A DNA stretch of 64,000 nt from an uncultured virus (IMG/VR IMGVR_UViG_3300032332_001939) (taxonomy: Duplodnaviria > Heunggongvirae > Uroviricota > Caudoviricetes). This document shows positions 18,951 to 28,923 of the stretch, piece after piece. The number at the start of each line of letters is the position of its first letter. Within the stretch, counting starts at the first letter, position 1. The notes under the pieces were generated by a model that saw nothing but the letters and a program-made list of their open reading frames with translations, made no database searches and had not been told where the DNA came from. The stretch lies in IMG/VR virus record IMGVR_UViG_3300032332_001939; one strand, given 5' to 3'. A program made the position numbers and the translations under genes.

Positions 18951-19670
18951 ATGAAATTTGCAATATGCCTCTCAGGTTTAACTAGAACTTATCAAAAAAC
19001 ATTTGATAAATTTTGGTCAAATATAATAGAACCATTAAGAAAATATGGAGAAGTTGATGTATTTATATCTACTTGGAGCATTCAAGATTCTCATGAATCA
19101 ATAGTGAATATTAATGAAATCTTAAATCTATATAAACCTAAATCACTAGAGGTAGAAAATTATTCTGATTTAGAAAAAACATTTTTACTTTCAAACTATA
19201 CAAAAAAAGATTGTCCAATTCCACAAATTGTAAAAAATGGGGTACTTCTTTCAATTCCTGGCCAATATAAAATATTGAAATGCAATTTATTAAAACAAAG
19301 TTTTGAAAAAATAAATAAATTTAAATACGATTTTGTCATTAGAACAAGATTTGATCTTACAATAGAAGAATTAAAAGTAGAAGATTTTATTGAAAATAAA
19401 TTGAATATTTTATATTCATTCGATAATCTTATTGGAGATTACTTTTATATATCAAATTCACAAATTATGGACGAGGTTTGCGGTTTATTTTATAATTATG
19501 AAAATATATTAAATATAGAAGGTACAGATATGGGTCCAGAAAGAAATTTATTTTTTCATACCAAAAATAAAATGATTGATTTTAATATTTTAGAAAATTA
19601 TAAATATTCTTTAGTTCGAGAAATGATCAATCAAAACTTTAAATCAGGTAAAAATTTTATATGCTACTAG
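18951..19670 (+). CDS. Putative glycosyltransferase
   Basis: AICLSGLTRTY..DVFISTW..YDFVIRTRFD..DYFYI..PE. Confidence 0.7.
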   Translation: MKFAICLSGLTRTYQKTFDKFWSNIIEPLRKYGEVDVFISTWSIQDSHESIVNINEILNLYKPKSLEVENYSDLEKTFLLSNYTKKDCPIPQIVKNGVLLSIPGQYKILKCNLLKQSFEKINKFKYDFVIRTRFDLTIEELKVEDFIENKLNILYSFDNLIGDYFYISNSQIMDEVCGLFYNYENILNIEGTDMGPERNLFFHTKNKMIDFNILENYKYSLVREMINQNFKSGKNFICY

Positions 19671-20401
19671 AAGCCGTTATAATATCCGTAAATTATTCTG
19701 ATTTTTTAGAAATTAATTTAAATAAAAACGTTAAACATTTTGACAATATTATTGTAGTCACTTCGGAAGATGACATAATGACTCAAGAATTGTGCAAAAA
19801 ATATAAAACTTTATGTATAAAAACAAATGCTTTCTATTTAAATAACGCAAAATTTAATAAAGGATTAGCAATAGATGTGGGATTTTCTTATCTACAACAT
19901 AAAGATTGGGTAGTTAACTTGGATTCAGATATTGTACTTCCAGATAATTTTAGAGAAATTTTCTTAAAAGAAGCCAAAGATATTGAATGTTCATACTCTG
20001 CAAGAAGATATGATATCCAAACTTATAAAGAATGGATTGAAGTAGAAAAAGATCCATCTAAATTAAATGGTAAATTACTTTATAGAGGAATAGGTTATGG
20101 AAATTTCTTTTGTTTTAACTATAATTCTTCTACATTCCAAAATTTATTAAAAACAACTAATGGATTGCCTTATCCTTATTGGTTTCCACATAATGCAGAA
20201 AGCGATTGGATTTTTAGAAATGAATGGTCTGATTGGATCTATGAACCAAGATTAAATGATTCGCCAAACCAACATTATATATCTCATAATGATCGACCAT
20301 CAAATCCATCAAAATTAAAAGAATTACCGTTTTATTGTATTCATTTAGGTCAAACAGGAAGAAATGAATCATCTAGAGTCACTCCAAAATTCAATGAATA
20401 A
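19661..20401 (+). CDS. Glycosyltransferase family 2-like
   Basis: SVNYSDFL..FNKGLAI..NLDSDI..IHLG. Confidence 0.75.
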   Translation: MLLEAVIISVNYSDFLEINLNKNVKHFDNIIVVTSEDDIMTQELCKKYKTLCIKTNAFYLNNAKFNKGLAIDVGFSYLQHKDWVVNLDSDIVLPDNFREIFLKEAKDIECSYSARRYDIQTYKEWIEVEKDPSKLNGKLLYRGIGYGNFFCFNYNSSTFQNLLKTTNGLPYPYWFPHNAESDWIFRNEWSDWIYEPRLNDSPNQHYISHNDRPSNPSKLKELPFYCIHLGQTGRNESSRVTPKFNE

Positions 20402-21266
20402 AAATTTTAAAATATTCTCTGGAAGAGCTTCTTTGATAGGAGATACTATAATGTTTCTTCCAGTTTTAAATTATCTAGAATTAAAATATCCAAATTCTTA
20501 TAAAATATTTCCAATATCGCAAAAAACAAGTCAATCTGCTCCACTATTTATTAATCATCCATTAATAGATAAAATTCATATATTGGGCGAATACGAAAGT
20601 TTATCTAAACAAGATATAGAATTAATAAAATCTTGTCAAATATCAATAAATCCATTCCCGCAACATCCAGATGTTCAAGATTGGTGGAATTATTATAACT
20701 GCACAGAAGAAACTTTTAGAATGGCAGGTTTAGATATAAATGAATTTCATTCTATGCCAGAAGAATTTAAAAAACCAAAATTAAATAAATGGTTTAAAAT
20801 TCAAAAATATGAAAAAACAATAGCGATTTGGCCATTCGCAGGATACAATCAAAGTTCTACAAGAAATCCTTCAAAGATTTGGTGGGAAAAAGTTTTAAAA
20901 GATATAGAAAATAATTTTAATGTTAAAATATTTCATTTTGGTGCAGAATCTGAACCCAATCTCGGTAAAGACTTAAAAAGTTATCACAATATGACGCACT
21001 TAAGTTTTTTTGAAATGATTAAAATTACTTTAGGATGTGATTTAATGATAGGTACTGACTCTGGATCGTCTTGGGTAATTGGTGCTTATGGTTTTCCACA
21101 GATTAATTTAATTATCAAAAATGCTCCAAATCATTTTAAAAATTTAGAAGCTTTCGCTCCAGAAAACTATCTTAATAATAAAATTGATCTTTTTGGATTA
21201 AATGGAACAGATTCAATACCATCAGAAGATATTATCAATAATTTAAAAAATTTTTATGGAAATTAA
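20394..21266 (+). CDS. Glycosyltransferase family 9-like
   Basis: IGDTIMFLP..HPLIDKI..IGTDSGSSWV; start moved to 20394. Confidence 0.8.
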   Translation: MNKNFKIFSGRASLIGDTIMFLPVLNYLELKYPNSYKIFPISQKTSQSAPLFINHPLIDKIHILGEYESLSKQDIELIKSCQISINPFPQHPDVQDWWNYYNCTEETFRMAGLDINEFHSMPEEFKKPKLNKWFKIQKYEKTIAIWPFAGYNQSSTRNPSKIWWEKVLKDIENNFNVKIFHFGAESEPNLGKDLKSYHNMTHLSFFEMIKITLGCDLMIGTDSGSSWVIGAYGFPQINLIIKNAPNHFKNLEAFAPENYLNNKIDLFGLNGTDSIPSEDIINNLKNFYGN

Positions 21267-22050
21267 AGAAATAATAATGGGCTCTCAAGGAGGAGGAATA
21301 GGAGATAATTTACAAATTACTCCAATTTTTAAATATTTTAAAAAGTCAATTATAGAAATAAAAGATAATGATAATGGAAGAAAAATTGCGCCTCTATATG
21401 AAGGAATGGCCGATATTATATTTAAACCAAATCCAATTTTTCAAGAACAATCATTTAATATATATGGAGATACTAGACGAAGTTATCCATTAAGAAATGG
21501 AGCTTTAAATTATTTATATATATTCAATATACAAGATAAAGTCTCTCCAATACCTTGGATTCTTTTAAAGAAAGAAGAAATAGAATGGGCTAGAGAATTT
21601 TTAAAAGATTATAAAAATCCACTGGCAATAGTTTGTTCAAATAGCGGATATAAAATTAAAAGTACTGCAAGTTATAGATTTTTAGATTTTGAAAGATGGC
21701 AACATATAATAAATGAATATTCAAAAAAATATACAATTCTACAATTTGGCGCACCAAATGATATTACAGATTTAAACAATATAATACCTTTATTGAACTT
21801 ATCTGTAAGACAAATGGCAGCATGTTTTCATGTAATAAATAAATGTATATCTATTGATACTGGACCATATCATCTAGCTTTAGCTGCTGGAGCATATGTT
21901 AAATGTCTAGTTCCAACATTTGGCTTTACAACTGATTATTTTTTTGGTAATTGGGCTTATTCTCCAGACATGTTTGATGGAGAAATTAGAGCAAATTATT
22001 ATGTTTTTGAAGACTATAAAACTATTTCTACAGATAATATATTTTTTTAA
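21256..22050 (+). CDS. Glycosyltransferase family 9-like
   Basis: GIGDNLQITP..SIDTGPYHLALA. Confidence 0.8.
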   Translation: MEIKEIIMGSQGGGIGDNLQITPIFKYFKKSIIEIKDNDNGRKIAPLYEGMADIIFKPNPIFQEQSFNIYGDTRRSYPLRNGALNYLYIFNIQDKVSPIPWILLKKEEIEWAREFLKDYKNPLAIVCSNSGYKIKSTASYRFLDFERWQHIINEYSKKYTILQFGAPNDITDLNNIIPLLNLSVRQMAACFHVINKCISIDTGPYHLALAAGAYVKCLVPTFGFTTDYFFGNWAYSPDMFDGEIRANYYVFEDYKTISTDNIFF

Positions 22051-22079
22051 TTGAAAAAAACTTAAATAAATGCTATAAA
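22051..22079 (+). promoter_or_regulatory. Sigma70-type promoter (extended -10)
   Basis: TTGAAA-17-TATAAA with TG; ATG at 22085. Confidence 0.55.
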
Positions 22080-22084
22080 TATAT

Positions 22085-22879
22085 ATGGATAATTTTACTA
22101 TTGGATATCATATTGGTAATTTATGTGACGCGTTGTTAATTACTCCTATTTTTAAAAAAATTAAAAATGCAACTTTAGAAATTATAGATGATGAAGTAGC
22201 AAGAAATAAAGGCTGTCTTTTTAATGATTTATGCGAAGTAAAATTCTCTAAAAATCCAGCGCCAGAATGCCCTAGAACACAAGAAAACACGCACATTTCA
22301 CAAACAATGTTAAATGCGTTAAATATAACAGATGTTAATTATTTACCAATTGTTATTTTAAAAGACGAAGAAATAGAATGGGCAAAAGATTTTTTAAAAA
22401 ACTATGAAAATCCAATAGTTTATACTCCAACAAATAGTTGCTCTTGGGATCCAAATAATTTATTTGCACAAATGAGAACATTTACATTAGATATGCACAA
22501 AACATATATAGATATTTTATCTAAAAAATATACAATTTTACAATTTGGTTTAAGCAATGGTTTTTATAAACATACTAGAAGCGAATTATATTCACTAGAT
22601 GATGTAGTGAATATACCAAATTTAAACTTAAGACAATTAGCTGCATGCTATAAAGTTATTGGTAAAGGTTTATTTTCTGATACTGGAGATCCATATTTAA
22701 TGACTGCGGTTGGAGGAAAAGTAGTAGAAATTGTACCAATGTATAATGAATCAATCTATCCATATTGGAAATATATTTATAACGATGAATCTTTATGGAA
22801 AAATGAAAAAGTTAGAAATAAATATTTTTGTATGACAAATTGGCAAAAAAGTATTGATTATTTAAATTTTGATTTTTAA
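22085..22879 (+). CDS. Glycosyltransferase family 9-like, paralog of 21256..22050
   Basis: ITPIFK, EEIEWA.FLK.Y.NP, SKKYTILQFG, RQ.AAC and DTG shared. Confidence 0.75.
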   Translation: MDNFTIGYHIGNLCDALLITPIFKKIKNATLEIIDDEVARNKGCLFNDLCEVKFSKNPAPECPRTQENTHISQTMLNALNITDVNYLPIVILKDEEIEWAKDFLKNYENPIVYTPTNSCSWDPNNLFAQMRTFTLDMHKTYIDILSKKYTILQFGLSNGFYKHTRSELYSLDDVVNIPNLNLRQLAACYKVIGKGLFSDTGDPYLMTAVGGKVVEIVPMYNESIYPYWKYIYNDESLWKNEKVRNKYFCMTNWQKSIDYLNFDF

Positions 22880-22880
22880 T

Positions 22881-23759
22881 ATGACAACTATTATTTTAGG
22901 AAAAAATGGTTTTGTTGGTCATAGTTTTGAAATTAAAGACTCTATATGTCCTTCAAAAAAAGAATGCGATTTATTAAATTATAATTCTACTTATAAATAT
23001 TTTAAAAAATATAAAAATAAAGAAATTAATATAATTAATTTATCAGCCAAAGTTGCGGGTTTTATATATAATAAAGATCATAACGTAGAAATGCTTTATG
23101 AAAATACTTTAATGTCACTTAATTTAATTAAAATTTTAAAAGAATTAAATATTAAAACATACATGATATATATTGCAAGTGTTTGTTGCTATGATAAATC
23201 TTTTAAAGAAAATCATATTTTTGATGGTAAACCTCATAAATTAAATTTTGGTTATGGATTTGGAAAAAAAAATGGCATTTATGCATTAGAGGCATTAGAA
23301 ATTGATAAACCAAATTTAATAAAATACTGCGTTTTAGTTCCAACAAATATGTATGGAGAATATGATGATTTTAATTCAGAAACTTGCCATATAATACCAA
23401 ATATGATTCGCCAAATGAGATCCAATCAAAATGAAATTATTGTATTGGGAAACTGTTTAAATAAACGAGATTTTCTATATGTAAAAGATTTAGGAAATAT
23501 TATTAAACTTTGTTATAAAAATAAAATAACTGGAATTTATAATGTTTCATCAAATAAAACTACTTCTGTAAAAAATATAGTTTTAAAATTAAAAAATATT
23601 ATAAAATATAAAGGCAATATTGTTTTTAGTACTAAAGACAAAAGAAATAATAGAAATATTTCAAATTTAAATCTTCTTAAAAAAATTAAATATAAATTTA
23701 TAGATTTAAATATTGGTTTAAAAAATACAATAATATACTATAATAATATCATTAAATGA
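22881..23759 (+). CDS. GDP-L-fucose/colitose synthase-like (WcaG/ColC)
   Basis: GKNGFVG; SAKVAG; SVCCY; YGFGK; PTNMYG..HIIP; start moved to ATG 22881. Confidence 0.8.
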   Translation: MTTIILGKNGFVGHSFEIKDSICPSKKECDLLNYNSTYKYFKKYKNKEINIINLSAKVAGFIYNKDHNVEMLYENTLMSLNLIKILKELNIKTYMIYIASVCCYDKSFKENHIFDGKPHKLNFGYGFGKKNGIYALEALEIDKPNLIKYCVLVPTNMYGEYDDFNSETCHIIPNMIRQMRSNQNEIIVLGNCLNKRDFLYVKDLGNIIKLCYKNKITGIYNVSSNKTTSVKNIVLKLKNIIKYKGNIVFSTKDKRNNRNISNLNLLKKIKYKFIDLNIGLKNTIIYYNNIIK

Positions 23760-24514
23760 ATATAGGAGTAATTTATTGCGCGTATAACTGCATAAACGAA
23801 GCACAAGAAACAATAAAACCTTTTATAGAAGCAAAAAGTAAAGGTTTAATAAAAAACATATGCGCGGTATCGTTGCCATTTTTTGAATATTTTGAATTGA
23901 CAAATCAAAATGATGGAACAACTAATTTTTTAAATAATTTATATTTAAATAACAATATAGATTATCTTTTTTTTAATCCTCCACATATTAGAGAACATCA
24001 AGCAAGAGACTTGTGTTTACAATACTTAAAAGCCATGAATTGCGATTTAATATGGATAGTAGATGGAGATGAATTTTATCAAATAAATGATATTGAAAAT
24101 ATAATAAATTTTATTAAAAATAATCCTAATAACTATTGGTACAGTATAAATTTTAAAAATTATGTATTTGATGGTAAACAATGGATAGATGGTTTTTGTC
24201 CACCAAGAATATTTAAAGTTAAATATGATTCATTAAATATAGATCAATTTTATTGGGATAATGATATTTTATATAAAGAAAGTGATAAAAATATATCTTA
24301 TAAGAGTTTATCCAATTTAGATATACCTAGAGAAATTGCTCATATTAAACATATGACTTGGTTACATTCCAATGGAAAACTAAAATATGAATATCAAATG
24401 AAGCATTTTGGTCATTGTGGGTATAAATGGAATTATGAATTAAATCAACTTGAAATAAATCAAGAATTTTATTTGAAAACCAATCAAGAAGTACCTAAGA
24501 TTAATTATGAATAA
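23756..24514 (+). CDS. Glycosyltransferase family 2-like
   Basis: CAYN..NDGT..RD.CL..WIVDGDEFY..PRIF. Confidence 0.75.
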   Translation: MNIGVIYCAYNCINEAQETIKPFIEAKSKGLIKNICAVSLPFFEYFELTNQNDGTTNFLNNLYLNNNIDYLFFNPPHIREHQARDLCLQYLKAMNCDLIWIVDGDEFYQINDIENIINFIKNNPNNYWYSINFKNYVFDGKQWIDGFCPPRIFKVKYDSLNIDQFYWDNDILYKESDKNISYKSLSNLDIPREIAHIKHMTWLHSNGKLKYEYQMKHFGHCGYKWNYELNQLEINQEFYLKTNQEVPKINYE

Positions 24515-25670
24515 ATTTGTTTGGCCATTAAATAATTCAAGTTTTAATTTTTTTGATAGGTTAAAAATTTGTTCTTTTATATTAAATAAGAGCAATTACT
24601 GGACTCAAAGTAAATATGTTAAAAAAATAGAACAGGATTTTGCTAAATTCGCTGGATCAAAATATGCAGTATTTGTTTCTAGCGGCTCAACTGCTAATAC
24701 TCTTTTGGCCATGCATTTAAAAGATAAGTATTATACTAAAGTAAAAAATACAATTATTTTTCCTACAACCACATGGACAACTTCCATATCTCCATTTATT
24801 CGAGAAGGTTTTAAACCTAAATTTATTGATATTAATATTCAAGATTTTTGTTTAGATTTAGATGCAACAGAAAAATTTTTACAAAAAAATCATAAAAAAG
24901 TAACCGCAATTCTTTGCGTCTCTTTAATTGGTCAAGTACCAGATATTGAAAAATTACAGCAATTAGAATCAAAATATAATGTTAGAATATTATTAGATAA
25001 TTGTGAAAATACATTAGGTTTATACAAGAATAAAAACATATCTTCTTATTTTACTAGTACAACTAGTACTTATTTTGGACATCAACTTCAAAGTGTCGAA
25101 GGTGGATTTATTTTTACTAATTGCGAAGAAGAGTATGAATATTTTTTAATGAATAGAAATCATGGAATGACAAGAAGCCTTACGGTTTACGATATTGACG
25201 CTTCAAAATATAAAAATCCAGAAGTTAATAAACTTTTTGATTTCCATTCTCTTGGTAATAATTTTAGAAATACAGATATTAATGCTTTTATAGGATTACT
25301 TGATTTCGCAAGAATAGACTCATATTATGAAAAAAGATTAAAAATTTACGACAAAATTAAAAATATTTTTGTAGATAAAGATTTAATATTACCTATGGAG
25401 TTTAAGAATAGAATAGCAATACCATTTTGTTTTCCATTTCTTTCTAAAGATTTAAATCTAATAAAAAGATTAATGAATTTTTGTAAAGAAAATGACATAG
25501 AAACTAGACCTATTATATCTGGAAATCTTTTAAAACAAACATGTTATAAACAATATGATAATTATAAAAATTTTAAAAATAGTGAATTTCTTCATACTCA
25601 TGGATTTTATATTGGCATTTATCCAAATCTTTCAGATTCTCAAATTAAAATCTTGAAAAATTTTAAATAA
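24507..25670 (+). CDS. DegT-family PLP enzyme, ColD-like GDP-4-keto-6-deoxymannose 3-dehydratase
   Basis: SSGSTAN; TWTT; DNCE; STYFGHQLQSVEGG (His at the Lys position); ETRPIISGN. Confidence 0.8.
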   Translation: MNKFVWPLNNSSFNFFDRLKICSFILNKSNYWTQSKYVKKIEQDFAKFAGSKYAVFVSSGSTANTLLAMHLKDKYYTKVKNTIIFPTTTWTTSISPFIREGFKPKFIDINIQDFCLDLDATEKFLQKNHKKVTAILCVSLIGQVPDIEKLQQLESKYNVRILLDNCENTLGLYKNKNISSYFTSTTSTYFGHQLQSVEGGFIFTNCEEEYEYFLMNRNHGMTRSLTVYDIDASKYKNPEVNKLFDFHSLGNNFRNTDINAFIGLLDFARIDSYYEKRLKIYDKIKNIFVDKDLILPMEFKNRIAIPFCFPFLSKDLNLIKRLMNFCKENDIETRPIISGNLLKQTCYKQYDNYKNFKNSEFLHTHGFYIGIYPNLSDSQIKILKNFK

Positions 25671-25681
25671 ATTTATATTAT
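25653..25681 (+). promoter_or_regulatory. Sigma70-type promoter
   Basis: TTGAAA-17-TATTAT; ATG 6 nt later. Confidence 0.55.
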
Positions 25682-25687
25682 ATTAAA

Positions 25688-26038
25688 ATGAACAGAATAG
25701 AAAAAATAAGCGAATTACTTCTTGAAGAAATTGCTGATAGATTTGATAAAGAACCATTAAATATAGAAAATCTAGAATTCAGCGAAACTTTTGCTGAGAT
25801 TTTAGATAGATTTATAGTTTTACATATTAGGATGTGGAAATTAGAAGATGCTGCGGGAGCAGCTAAAACAGATCAAGAATTAGCAGATATTAAAAGAAAG
25901 GTAGATTATTGTTTTAAAGACAGAAGACCAAAACTTACAAAAGCAATTAATAGTTTTCTTGATATTTATATTAATAAGAATTATGCAAAAAAATTCTCTG
26001 AAGAAAATGTTAAATTATATACAGGATATAAAAATTAA
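25688..26038 (+). CDS. Small helical protein of sugar clusters (DUF4254-like)
   Basis: ETFAEILDRFIVLHIRMWKLED. Confidence 0.6.
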   Translation: MNRIEKISELLLEEIADRFDKEPLNIENLEFSETFAEILDRFIVLHIRMWKLEDAAGAAKTDQELADIKRKVDYCFKDRRPKLTKAINSFLDIYINKNYAKKFSEENVKLYTGYKN

Positions 26039-27070
26039 ATGAAAAAAGTAATCGTAACAGGCATAACAGGGCAAGATGGTTCCTATATGGTAGACTATCT
26101 TTTAAAAAATACAGATCATTTTATCTATGGAATACGCAGAAGAGGAGCGAATCCAAACTTAGATAACATTAAACATAATTTAAATAATCCAAGATTTAAA
26201 ATTATTATTGCTGATTTAGCAGATAGTAGTTCTATTGATGAAGCCGTCAAGAAAGTATCGCCAGATTATTTTATTAATTTCGCAGCGCAATCTTTTGTAG
26301 GAAGTAGTTGGGAAATTCCATTGCAAACATTTGATGTTACATCATTGGGCGTTTTAAGATGCTTAGAGGCTGTTAGAAAATATGCACCACATTGTAGATT
26401 TTATTCTGCTGGATCTAGCGAAGAAATGGGAGATGTACTTTATAGTCCACAGGATTCCAAACATCCAATTAGACCAAGAAGCCCATATGGTGCAGCTAAA
26501 GCTTCTGCAAGACATATTACTAAAGTATACAGAGAATCTTATGATCTTTATGCAATTCATTGTATTCTTTATAATCATGAAAGTGAAAGAAGAGGCGAAG
26601 AATTTGTTACTAGAAAAATCACAAAAAATGTAGCAAGAATTTATCATGCAATTAAAAATAAACAAGATTTTGAACCATTAGAGCTTGGTAATCTTGAAGC
26701 AAAAAGAGATTGGAGTCATGCTCAAGATTTTGTTGAAGCTGTATGGATTATGTTAAATCAAGATCATCCAAGAGAATATATACTTTCATCAAACGAAACT
26801 CATACTGTTCGAGAGTTTGTAGAGAAAGCGTTTGCTTTTGCTAAAATTAAAGGATATTGGAAAGGTGAAAAAGAAAATGAAAAATTTTTTACAATTATTA
26901 ATAATAAAGAACATATTTTAATGAGGATTAATCCAGAGTTTTATAGACCTGCAGAAGTAGAATTATTACTTGGTGATTCTTCTGAGGCGAGAAAAGAACT
27001 TAATTGGCAACCAAAAATTTCATTCAATAAATTGATAGAAAAAATGGTAAAATCCGATTTAAATGATTAA
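26039..27070 (+). CDS. gmd: GDP-mannose 4,6-dehydratase
   Basis: TGITGQDGSY; AAQSFV; PRSPYGAAK; NHESERRGEEFVTRKIT; LGNLEAKRDW; RPAEV. Confidence 0.95.
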   Translation: MKKVIVTGITGQDGSYMVDYLLKNTDHFIYGIRRRGANPNLDNIKHNLNNPRFKIIIADLADSSSIDEAVKKVSPDYFINFAAQSFVGSSWEIPLQTFDVTSLGVLRCLEAVRKYAPHCRFYSAGSSEEMGDVLYSPQDSKHPIRPRSPYGAAKASARHITKVYRESYDLYAIHCILYNHESERRGEEFVTRKITKNVARIYHAIKNKQDFEPLELGNLEAKRDWSHAQDFVEAVWIMLNQDHPREYILSSNETHTVREFVEKAFAFAKIKGYWKGEKENEKFFTIINNKEHILMRINPEFYRPAEVELLLGDSSEARKELNWQPKISFNKLIEKMVKSDLND

Positions 27071-28442
27071 ATTAATAATTTTTGATTTGGATGGAGTTTT
27101 AATTGATGCTAGAGAACTTCATTACGAAGCTTTTAATAGAGCTTTGTCTGAAATAGACTCTAAATTTATAATAAATAAAGAAGAGCATTTATCTACATAC
27201 GATGGATTACCAACTACCAAAAAACTTGAATTATTAACACAAAATAAAAATCTTCCAAAAGATAGTTACAAACATATTTGGCAAAATAAACAAAAATATA
27301 CAAAACAAATAATAAATGAAGAATTTATATTTGATGAAAAAATAAGAAAAGTTTTATTTAAATTAAAAGAAGATGGCCATAAAATATATGTAGCATCTAA
27401 TTCTATTAGAGAAACAGTAAAGATGTCTTTGCTCAGAAAAGGATTTCTTGAATTTATTGATGGATATTTTTCAAATGAAGATGTTAAAAATCCAAAACCA
27501 AAAACTGAGATATATTTAAAATGTATGATTGATGCTGGATTCGATCCTAAGGAATGTTTAATCGTAGAAGATTCTTACGTTGGAAGAAAAGCGGCTTTAG
27601 CTTCTGGAGCGTTTTTATGTGGAGTTATGAATACTTCAGATGTTACTTATGAAAACATAATGGACTCAATTAATAAAGCTAATAACAATATTATCAATAC
27701 TAAACAAAAATGGCAAGGTGGTAAAATGAAAGTATTAATTCCAATGGCTGGCGCAGGAACTCGTTTTGAGAAAGCTGGTTATACATTCCCTAAACCATTA
27801 ATTGAAGTTAGAGGAAAACCAATGATTCAAGTAGTAGTTGATTGTTTAAATATAGATGCTCAACATGTTTTTATCGTACAAAAGGATCATTATGAAAAAT
27901 TTTCACTAAAGGATACTTTAAATCTTATATCACCAAATTGCAATATATCTATTACTAAAGAGCTAACGCAAGGAGCAGCTTGTACAACTTTATTAGCAAA
28001 AGAATTCATTAATAATGATGAACCCCTATTGATAGCTAATTCAGATCAATATCTAGATTGGGATAGTACGGAATTTATGTATTCTATGTTAGCAGATAAT
28101 ATAGACGCTGGGATTTTAGTTTTTGAATCCACTCATCCCAAATGGAGTTATGCTAAATTAAATGAAAATGGGTTTGTTTGTGAAGTTGCTGAAAAAAAAC
28201 CTATAAGTAATCTTGCTACTGTAGGAATATATTTTTGGAGAAAAGGTTCGGATTATGTTAAATATGCTGAACAAATGATTAAAAAAAATATAACAGTAAA
28301 TAATGAGTTTTATGTATGTCCAGTATTTAATGAAGCAATACAAGATGGAAAAAAAATAAAAGTATTTAAAATTGAAAATAATAAAATGTGGGGAATTGGA
28401 ACACCAGAAGATTTAAATTATTTTTTAGAAAATCATAAATGA
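27063..28442 (+). CDS. HAD phosphatase fused to sugar-phosphate nucleotidyltransferase
   Basis: FDLDGVL..KP..IVEDS; then IPMAGAGTRF..PKPLI..TQGAACT..NSDQ..NNEFYVCPV..GTPEDL. Confidence 0.88.
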   Translation: MIKLIIFDLDGVLIDARELHYEAFNRALSEIDSKFIINKEEHLSTYDGLPTTKKLELLTQNKNLPKDSYKHIWQNKQKYTKQIINEEFIFDEKIRKVLFKLKEDGHKIYVASNSIRETVKMSLLRKGFLEFIDGYFSNEDVKNPKPKTEIYLKCMIDAGFDPKECLIVEDSYVGRKAALASGAFLCGVMNTSDVTYENIMDSINKANNNIINTKQKWQGGKMKVLIPMAGAGTRFEKAGYTFPKPLIEVRGKPMIQVVVDCLNIDAQHVFIVQKDHYEKFSLKDTLNLISPNCNISITKELTQGAACTTLLAKEFINNDEPLLIANSDQYLDWDSTEFMYSMLADNIDAGILVFESTHPKWSYAKLNENGFVCEVAEKKPISNLATVGIYFWRKGSDYVKYAEQMIKKNITVNNEFYVCPVFNEAIQDGKKIKVFKIENNKMWGIGTPEDLNYFLENHK

Positions 28443-28876
28443 AAATTATCTCTCATAGAGCTAATTTAAATGGTAGAAATTCATCTACAGAAAATTCTAT
28501 ACCTGCAATAAATATAGCTTTATATCAAGGATTCGATGTAGAAATAGATGTTTGGTTTAAAAATAATAAATGGTATTTGGGTCATGATAAACCAATTCAT
28601 TATGTAGAAGAATCTTTTCTTGAAAATAAAAAACTTTGGTGTCATGCAAAAAATTTAGATGCATTAAATTTAATGATTAAAAATAAAAATATTCATTCTT
28701 TTTGGCACGAAAATGATAAATATACTTTAACATCAAAAGGGTACATATGGACTTATCCAGATAAAGATGTAAGAGAAAATTCAATTTTAGTATTAAATAA
28801 AAAATCTAAATTAAATAAAAAATGTTTTGGTATATGTACTGATTTTCCTTTATTTTATAATAAAAATAATAATTAA
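28439..28876 (+). CDS. Short GDPD/PLC-like phosphodiesterase
   Basis: ISHRAN..ENS..DVEIDVW..LGHD..WCHAKN..GICTDF. Confidence 0.8.
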   Translation: MKIISHRANLNGRNSSTENSIPAINIALYQGFDVEIDVWFKNNKWYLGHDKPIHYVEESFLENKKLWCHAKNLDALNLMIKNKNIHSFWHENDKYTLTSKGYIWTYPDKDVRENSILVLNKKSKLNKKCFGICTDFPLFYNKNNN

Positions 28877-28883
28877 TTTTAAC

Positions 28884-28913
28884 TTGACTAACAAGTATAA
28901 AAGATGATATATT
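28884..28913 (+). promoter_or_regulatory. Sigma70-type promoter
   Basis: TTGACT-18-TATATT with extended TG. Confidence 0.55.
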
Positions 28914-28923
28914 TAATATATAA

